This document shows positions 54,901-64,000 of a DNA stretch of 64,000 nt, piece by piece. The position numbers were made by a program, and so were the translations under genes. The notes under the pieces are model-generated. The model made no database searches. It saw only the letters and a list, made by a program, of their open reading frames with translations, and was not told the DNA's origin. This DNA comes from Eledone cirrhosa (Eukaryota): the NCBI GenBank assembly GCA_964016885.1, contig OZ024743.1:73532001-73596000 (forward strand). Reading direction: 5' to 3'. Position 1 is the first letter of the stretch. Each line of letters opens with the position of its first letter.

Positions 54901-56597
54901 AACCACAACCACTACACCACAACCAGTACACCACACCACAACAACTAAACCACAACCACTACACCACAACAACTACTCCACACCACAACCGTACACCCCA
55001 CCACAACCACTACACCTCACCACAACCACTACACCACAACACAACCACTACACCCCACCACAACCACTACATCTCACCACAACCATGACACCCCACCACA
55101 TCCACTACAGCACACCACAACCACTACACCCCACCACAACCACTACACCACAACCACTACACCACACACACTACGCCCCACCACAACCACTACACCACAC
55201 CACAACCACTACACCACACCACAACCACTACACCACACCACAACCACTACATCCCATCACAACCACTACACCACACCACAACCACAACCACCCCACCACA
55301 ACCACTAAACCCCACCACAACCACTACACCACACTACAACCACTACACTACACCACAACCACTACACCCCACCACAACCACTACACCCCACTACAACTAG
55401 TACACCACAACTACTACACCACAACCACTACAACACAACCACAACGACTCAACCCCACCACAACCACTACACCACAACACAACCACTACACCACACCACA
55501 ACCACTACACCCCACCACAACCACTACACCCCACTACAACTAGTACACCACAACTACTACACCACAACCACTACAACACAACCACAACGACTCAACCCCA
55601 CAACAACCACTACACCACAACACAACCACTACACCACACCACAACCACTACACCATACCACAACCACTCCACCACAACCACTACACCACACCACAACCAC
55701 TACACCACACGACAACCACTACACCACACCACAACCACTACACCACAACCACTACACCACAACCACTACAACACAACCACAACGACTCCACCACACCACA
55801 AACACTACACCCCACCACACCACAACCACTCCACCACAACCACTTCACCCCACAACAACAACTACACCCCACCACAACCACTACACCACACCACAACCAC
55901 TACACCCCATCACAAACACTACACCCCACCACAACCATAACCACCCCACCACAACTACTACACCACAACCACTACACCCCACTACAACCACTACACCACC
56001 CCACAACGACAACCATCCCATAACAACCACTACACCACACCACACCACAACCACTACACCACAACCACTACACCACAACCACTACACTCCACCGTCAACC
56101 ACCCCACCCCACCACAACCACTACACCACAACCACTACAACACAACCACAACGACTCCACCACACCACAACCAATTACACCACAACCACAACGCCCCACC
56201 ACAACCACTACACACCACCACAACCACTACACCACAACCACCCCACTACAACCACTACACCCCACCACAACCACTACACCACAACCACCCCACTACAACC
56301 ACTACACCCCACAACAACCACTACACCCCACCACTACACTACACCACAACCACAACGCCCCACCACAATCACTACACCCCACCACAACCACTACACCACA
56401 ACCACCCCACTACAACCACTACACCACACCACAACCACTACACCACACCACAACCACTACACCCGGCCACAACCACTACACCCCACCACGACCACTACAC
56501 CCCACCACAACCACTACACCACACCACAACCACTACACCCGGCCACAACCACTACACCCCGCCACAACCACAACCACCCCACCACAACGACTCCACT
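48911..56597. repeat. Satellite array of 17-mer CACCACAACCACTACAC with 12-mer variants
   Basis: About 7.7 kb continuous array, strongly C/A-skewed. Confidence 0.95.
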
Positions 56598-57050
56598 TTA
56601 TGGCGCAATAAAATCAACTCGTTCTCTCAGATCAACTGAAATCTTTTCTCAAATAAAACTCGCCATCTCCCCTCCTCCCTCACCTCCAAACATTGAGCTA
56701 CCCTCACCAGTTTTCTACACTTACTATAGAGAAAGAACAACACATACACCCATATATATATATACACGCTCACACACAGACATACACTCATAGGCATGCA
56801 GGCTTACACACACAGAAGTTTATACAGTATATATATATATATATATGTATATACAGTTCATATATATATATATATTCATATATATGAATCTGTGCATCCC
56901 TGTGAGTGTGTGTGTGTGTTTGTTTTGCGATATAGTTGATGTGAAATCGTGTGTTGAAACAAACGATATTGCTACAATTTGGGTTGGTCACGCCGCCAAT
57001 TAAATCACACTTACCAGTTGAGTTTGTCTTCAGTTTTTATTATTACTCAA

Positions 57051-57232
57051 GCGCGGTGGAGTGGCTGTATCGGTAGAGGGTTGGACGCCATGCTTTCTAG
57101 TGTAGTTATGTCCCTTTACGGTCTGAGTTCAAATCCCGCCGAGGTTAACTTTGCCTTTCATCCTTATGGGTTCGATAAAATAAAATACCAGTAATGCACT
57201 GGATAATTGCTGGCCTTGTGCCTAAAGTAGAA
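57051..57232 (+). mobile_element. tRNA-derived SINE, followed by a diverged second copy (57259-57440)
   Basis: A-box-like tggctgtatcggtag, B-box gagttcaaatcc, core ctttgcctttcatcc..gataaaata. Confidence 0.85.
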
Positions 57233-57941
57233 CCAGGTATTACTCAGCCAAGATCAAGGTTGGTGGATTGACAGATTTGTTAGAGCCTCAGACAATTGCC
57301 TTATCGTATTGGTTCTGAGTTCAAATCTCGCCGAGATCAACTTTTCCTTTCATATTTCTGGGTTCGATAAAATAAAGTATCTCTTAAGCACTGCGGTCGA
57401 TATAATCGATTTTCTCTTCCCCATAAATTACTAGCCTTATATGCACCTCGGTGAGTTTAGTAACCGGGTGGATACGTAACTGTAAAGGCTGTTTCGTCAC
57501 ACATTATGTGACCTTCTCAATTACTATTCTTGCCCATCTCTATCTCCTCATCGTTTTATTTTGTTTTATTCTCTCCATCTTGTCATTCTATGTTCTGTGT
57601 GTGGTATGCCCCTACGTGCGTGTGTGATGTGCGCATGCGTGTGTGATGTGCGCATATGTGTTTGTGCGTGTAAGTAAGTGTGCGTAAGTGTGTGTAAGTA
57701 AGTTGTGTGCGTGAGGGAGTGATTTGTGTGTGTATGTGTGTGTTTGCATATGTGTGTCTTTGTATAAAGCTACCTCTCCATGTTTCTTTCCATAAGAGTT
57801 TGTGTGTTAGTCATTATCTGCATATGTGGTAAATTTGTGTACGTTCTGGTAAATATACCACACATATATGCACACACATAAACACATGCCAGCACATACA
57901 CACACACACACATTTTCTCTTTCTCTCTCTCTCTCCCTGTC

Positions 57942-58039
<98 letters not shown>

Positions 58040-58233
58040 TCCCGGGTTAAATCGGGGATAATCACAGTAGGTAAGGTACTCAATATATAGCAGAGTAAAC
58101 AGTTCTAGTCCTGTAGATGCCATTTATATATATATATATATATATATTGTTGTGGAACTAACTCGATACCGTACTTCTCCTCTTGATTGAGTGCTCTACC
58201 TACGACGGATATAACCTCTCGGTGTTTTACCAC

Positions 58234-58298
<65 letters not shown>

Positions 58299-58503
58299 CG
58301 TTTCTGAATTTGTTTAGCAAGATTCTTTATCTGAAAACGTGTGTTGAAACCGATATTGTTATACTTTGGGAGGGTCATGTTGCCAATAAGAAACACACGC
58401 ACCAATTGTTTCACTTCAATTTATTATAATAAATTTATAAATTTAGGAATTTATAAATTTCCGGTTGGTTGGTTGGTTCCACAACCAGATGGTTGTTTAT
58501 ATA

Positions 58504-58549
<46 letters not shown>

Positions 58550-58593
58550 ATATATATATATATATATAAACATATATATATATATATAAACAT

Positions 58594-58803
58594 TAGCGAA
58601 GGAAATGTGGTAAGGAACTAGGTGGACCATAACGCACCAAAGTACTCAATACTTGAGGTAGTAGAGTGGGTAATAGGAACCAGTAAGACCCCGACAGCTG
58701 AGCTCAAGCCGTTTGTTTCGACGGCTAATTCTGGACTAATTTAGTCCAGAATTAGCCGTCGAAACGGCTTGAGCTCAGCTGTCGGGGTCTTACTGGTTCC
58801 TAT
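58594..58803 (-). mobile_element. Family X hairpin element (3' half HHR)
   Basis: Centre ggactaa-t-ttagtcc; ACGGCT/AGCTGT stem III, GTC, GGGGTC. Confidence 0.7.
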
Positions 58804-58811
58804 ATATAAAC

Positions 58812-58885
<74 letters not shown>

Positions 58886-58924
58886 TATATATATATATAT
58901 ATGTTTATATATATATATATATAT

Positions 58925-58977
<53 letters not shown>

Positions 58978-59537
58978 GTTAGAGCACTTAATCAAGAGGA
59001 CGAGTTCGTTATAGAGTTAGTTCCACAACAATATATATATGTGTGTGTATGTATGTGTATGTGTTTGTGTGTGTTGAGATAGATAGATTGAGAGTTTGGG
59101 AATAGTTATCAGACAAATGATAAGTGATCATAACCCCCACTATGACCTTCATATACAGTGATTCTGTCCAGCCTGAGACCAGACAGAAATATGACCGTAG
59201 GTGTGGGGCAAAGGGGTAGGATTAGCCGTGGGGTGAGGTTTCGCCCGCCACAGATTCTCAAAAACGTCTCCCTAAAATGTATTGCCCGTCTTGTTTCCGT
59301 TTGTATCAAAAGTTGGTGGGATCTAATCACTTCCGATCAACGAACAGGGTGTTAGGGTCAGCTATAAAACAGTAAAACTTTTATTTAGTAGGAGATTATA
59401 GAGGGAACATTGATGTGATGTGGGAGTGAGAAAATATATATAGGAGTGAAGACAGTGATAAGGAATGTGAGGAAAGATGTGAGTTTGGAGGTTAGAGGGA
59501 AGAATAAAGGATATTCATGTATGTTAGTGGGTGAACA

Positions 59538-59604
<67 letters not shown>

Positions 59605-59798
59605 GTAGCAAATATATATATATGTGTGTGCGTATTTATATATATATATATATATGTGTATGTGTGGGTGTGTATATACGTACGTATATATCTACACCTA
59701 TATATATATATGTGTGTGTGTGTATATATAATATATATATATATATATAATATATATATATATATAATATATATATATAAGTTATATATATATATAAT

Positions 59799-59902
<104 letters not shown>

Positions 59903-59917
59903 TTATATTTATGTGTG

Positions 59918-59956
<39 letters not shown>

Positions 59957-60113
59957 CTATACCTTTCATTTATATATATATATATATATATATACATATT
60001 TATATTTATATAGCAAATATATATATGTGTGTGTGCGTATTTATATATATATATATGTGTGTGCGTGTGTATATGTGTATATACGTACGTATATATCTAT
60101 ACCTATATATATA

Positions 60114-60167
<54 letters not shown>

Positions 60168-60179
60168 CATATACATATA

Positions 60180-60590
60180 TTTCGTTTTGGAATTTGTTTT
60201 GCAAGATTTCTTATCTGAAAACGTGTGTTGAAACAGATATTGTTATACTTTGGGAGGGTCAAGCTGCCAATAAAAACACACGCATCTGTGATTTTCACTT
60301 CAATTTATTATAATTTTCCGGTTGGTTGGTTCGGTAACTGGGTGGTTGTTCATATATTCTCAAAGCTCTTTTGTCACACACCATGGTGTAGGACAGAACA
60401 AAGGAGGGACACAAAATAAAAATCGAGTCAGTGAGGAGGTCACTCAATGTGTAACGAAAGAGTTTTGACAATATATAAATAACCATCCGGTTATCGAACC
60501 AACCAACGAACCAGAAATTTATTATAAATGGAAGTGAAAACTAACAGGTCCGTGTGTTTTATTGGCTTGGCCCTCCCTAAGTATAACAAT
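60180..60590. mobile_element. Family Y fold-back copy with degenerate HHR (60427-60469)
   Basis: About 60237-60375 is inverted to 60458-60590. Confidence 0.7.
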
Positions 60591-60907
60591 ATATACATAT
60601 ACATATATACATATATATAAGACGTTTAATATAGAAATGGGTTCTACAGAATTAGGACTCTTTCATTCAAAATGTGATTTCTTTTGAATGAAACATTTCT
60701 ACTAGACATTTCTATATTAAACTTGTATTACGTACCTTACCGTGGTTACTCCTGATTGAACCTGGGAGACACACACAGAAACACACACACTCATATATAT
60801 ATATATATATATATATATAATGGAAAATTTGAACAGGAACAAGACAGAGAGGCAGTACAACGAGTGTTTATTAATTTCACGCTCTTGAGAGTGGGGTGGT
60901 GGTGGGG

Positions 60908-60952
<45 letters not shown>

Positions 60953-61014
60953 AATATATGTATGTATTGTATTATATATATATAATATATATATATATAT
61001 AATATATATATATG

Positions 61015-61085
<71 letters not shown>

Positions 61086-61108
61086 ATGTGTATGTATATA
61101 TATATATA

Positions 61109-61164
<56 letters not shown>

Positions 61165-61167
61165 ATG

Positions 61168-61268
<101 letters not shown>

Positions 61269-61364
61269 TATATATAATACAATACATACATATATTTATA
61301 CACACATACACACATATATATATACACACATAAATATATATGTATATATATATATATATATATA

Positions 61365-62250
61365 AGTATGTATACGTACATACATATATGTATACAGACG
61401 TACAGTAGTATGTATATATATACATACATGTACACATATATATATGTACGCATGGGTTTACCGAACATTTATTATAATGTTCGGTTTGTTTGTCGATTTG
61501 CATATCGAGTGAGTTAGTCGGTCTGTTTGTTTACGAACAAACCGAACATTATAATAAATGTTCGGTAAACCCATACGTACATATATATATGTGTGCATGT
61601 ATGTATATATATATATATACACATACTACTGTACGGCTGCATACATATATCTATATACGTATACATACTTATATTTAAGTATCAGCCGTACTAAGAGTGA
61701 GAAATGAAATTCCATTTCATTCTTTTCCATTTATTGTTTTCGGTACGCCCGGCCGAATAACTTACTCGATATGCAAATTAGGCTGCTCAGCCGTTAATAT
61801 GCATAAGGAAAGTATATACTTTCAAACGTTCAATCATCTGACAGGAAGGTATACGGTGCTGATGATAGCTAATAAGCTTGAAACTAGTACATCGTTCCTT
61901 TGTCAATGTTGAACAAAAGGGCAACGATGGTTGCTGAACACTGTACGGCTTAATTCGGGCTGTTTGTTTACAAACAAACCGAACATTATAATAAATGTTC
62001 GGTAAACCCATGCGTACATATATATATGTGTGCATGTATGTATATATATACATACTACTGTACGTCTGTATACATATATGTATGTACATATACATACTTA
62101 TATTTAAGTATCAGCCGTACTAAGAGTGAGAAATGAAATTTCATTTCATTCTTTTCCATTTATCGTTTTCGGTACGCCCGGCCGACTAACTCACTCGATA
62201 TGCAAATTAGGCTGCTCAGCCGTTAATATGCATAAGGAAAGTATATACCT
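61365..62250 (+). mobile_element. Retrozyme-like element family Z: 437 nt tandem unit with 5' inverted segments
   Basis: accgaacattataataaatgttcgg at 61541 and 61978; one HHR per unit. Confidence 0.82.
61853..61895 (+). ncRNA. Minimal Type I hammerhead (family Z)
   Basis: ACGGTG-CTGATGA-tAGCTaataAGCTt-GAAA-CTAGT-A-CATCGT. Confidence 0.85.
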
Positions 62251-62359
62251 AAAGAAAATTATAAAAGTGCAATAAAGTATAAAATTGTTAAAAAGTGGAT
62301 TAAAGAGATTTATTGATACTGGATTTTCACACCTTGAATAAAGGGTAAGTTGTATTTTA

Positions 62360-63717
62360 AGCATTCGTTTCTAGGATGAAGCAGTGGAACTTGATCAAGG
62401 AGGAACTGCAGGTGACAAGTCAGAGAAGTCGACACGAACCTTTCTCAGGCTTTTACACTCTTAGGGATGGCCTCTGCTTCTGCCATGAAGTGCCTGGACT
62501 GTTTGACGTTATTGGGTGCCATTTGTGCCCAAGCAGCTCCACCACAAGTTTGAAGGCTGTCCTCCTCCACAATGGACACAAGTTCCCGACACTGCCCCTA
62601 GCTCATTCCATCTGCCTGAAGGAAGATTACTACAGTGTGAAAGTCCTCTTGGAAGCTCTGCAATACAACCAGTACAATTGGGAAATCATTGGAGACTTCA
62701 AGATGGTGGCTTTCCTGCTTGGACTCCAAGGAGGCTTTATCAAATTCCAATGCTTCCTCTGACTTTGGGACAGCAGAGCCACCTCTGACCACTACAAAAG
62801 AAAGAACTGGGAGCAATGAACAGAATTTATAGTTGGGACCCAGAACGTCATGTGGGAGCCATTGGTTAATCCCAGGATTGTGCTCATGCCGCCACTGCAC
62901 ATTAAGTTGGGGTTGATGAAGCAGTTTGTGAAGGCTCTCAACCAAGAATCAGCCGCTTTTAAGTACCTTCTTGAGTTCTTCCCCAAGTTATCTGAGGCCA
63001 AAATCAAAGGTGGAATTTTTGTTGGACCTCAGATAAAGAAGGTGTTTGAGTCTACCGAGTTCTCCAATAAGCTCAATAGGATTGATAGAACAGCATGGAA
63101 CTGTTTCAATGCAGTTGTTAAGGGCTTCCTGGGCAACTACAGAGCTGAAAACTACCAGCAACTGGTGCAGGATCTGATAAAGGCTTTTGGCGCCATGGGA
63201 TGCAGGATGTCGCTTAAACTCCATATGCTGGACGATCACCTGGAAAAATTCAAGGACAATATGGGCGACTACTCAGAAGAACAAGGCGAACGATTCCACT
63301 AAGATGTGAAAGAGATAGTGCGGAGGTACCAGGACCACTACAATGAAAAAATGATGGGGGACTATATGTGGGGGCTAGTGCGGGAATGCGACCTGGACTA
63401 CAACCGCAAATCCAGGAAATCCAGTCATTTCTGACGTGTATAAGTTGCTTTATAAGTGTTATTTGTTTTTACTAGTTTGCTTTTCATAAGCTTGTGTAAT
63501 AAAATAAATATATACTCTGTTGATTTAATTATATGAACTGATAATTTTTTTTTAAATGTGGGTTTTCTTGAAAAATATGAAAATTTCGAAATATAAAACT
63601 TCTTACCACAAATCCAAACTTCTGATTAAAAAAATAATGTTTTTTTTATAATAATGGGATATAACAAACCAGGAAATGACACTTAGAACCGGGGAACAAA
63701 AAATATGTTACACGGTG
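62360..63717 (+). mobile_element. 5'-truncated Chapaev3-like (CMC) DNA transposon with disrupted transposase
   Basis: SLKAVLLHNG, GDFKMV..LGLQGG, PPLHIKLGLMKQFVKAL, SEEQGERFH; right end gttacacggtg then TTA; family assignment from recall. Confidence 0.7.
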
Positions 63718-64000
63718 TTATCGAATACATATGCCCCCAAAGAAGAACTGGTCTACATCGTTGGATGCAAACGATGTCGCAGGTTTTACATCAGAGTGAC
63801 CTTCTCCTAGAGAGATGTCTTAATGAAGACAAGGAGTCTCTCGCTTCACAAAAAAAACAAAAACAAAAAACTTTATAGGATGGCCGTGTATTGTTCAATC
63901 ATATAGTTACCCCAACTTATATTTCATATAGAAATGACTTCTACAGGAGTAGAACTGTTTTATTCGTATGAAATTACCAGGAATGTCACTTTCTGAAGGA

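Noticed and set aside
48911-56597. CRISPR-like or telomeric array; His/Thr/Pro ORFs
   Set aside because: Head-to-tail satellite without unique spacers, not TTAGGG; ORFs are repeat translations
57051-57140. tRNA gene
   Set aside because: A/B boxes are the head of a multicopy SINE; no cloverleaf
59210-59250. Minus-strand TTGAGAA...GAAA as another U3-A8 hammerhead
   Set aside because: Stem I does not pair and there is no second copy to support it

Overview
AT-rich eukaryotic DNA dominated by (TA)n/(CA)n/(GA)n microsatellites and mobile-element remnants. The tRNA-derived SINE resembles octopod cephalopod SINEs (inference). I can support no intact host gene; nearly all ORF-track entries are microsatellite or repeat translations. 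Recognisable elements: a degenerate RTE LINE (4.6-6.6 kb), a near full-length L1/Tx1 element (8.5-14.2 kb), three Penelope-like element (PLE) remnants with GIY-YIG domains, Hero and RTE fragments, two non-autonomous Helitrons and a PIF1 helicase fragment, a Chapaev3-like transposase, MITEs, SINEs and a 7.7 kb satellite. The main signal: the short unique islands inside the microsatellites are mostly fold-back or tandem elements carrying Type I hammerhead ribozyme (HHR) motifs from about ten unrelated families. They include ORF-less 437 and 537 nt tandem, circularly permuted units (non-LTR retrozyme-like), U3-A8 core variants, and recurrent hairpins that turn back at HHR stem II. The Tx1 element also has splice-like signals that could fuse ORF1 to ORF2 or give an ORF2-only mRNA. 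All folds and alignments were done by eye; no ribozyme activity is shown.
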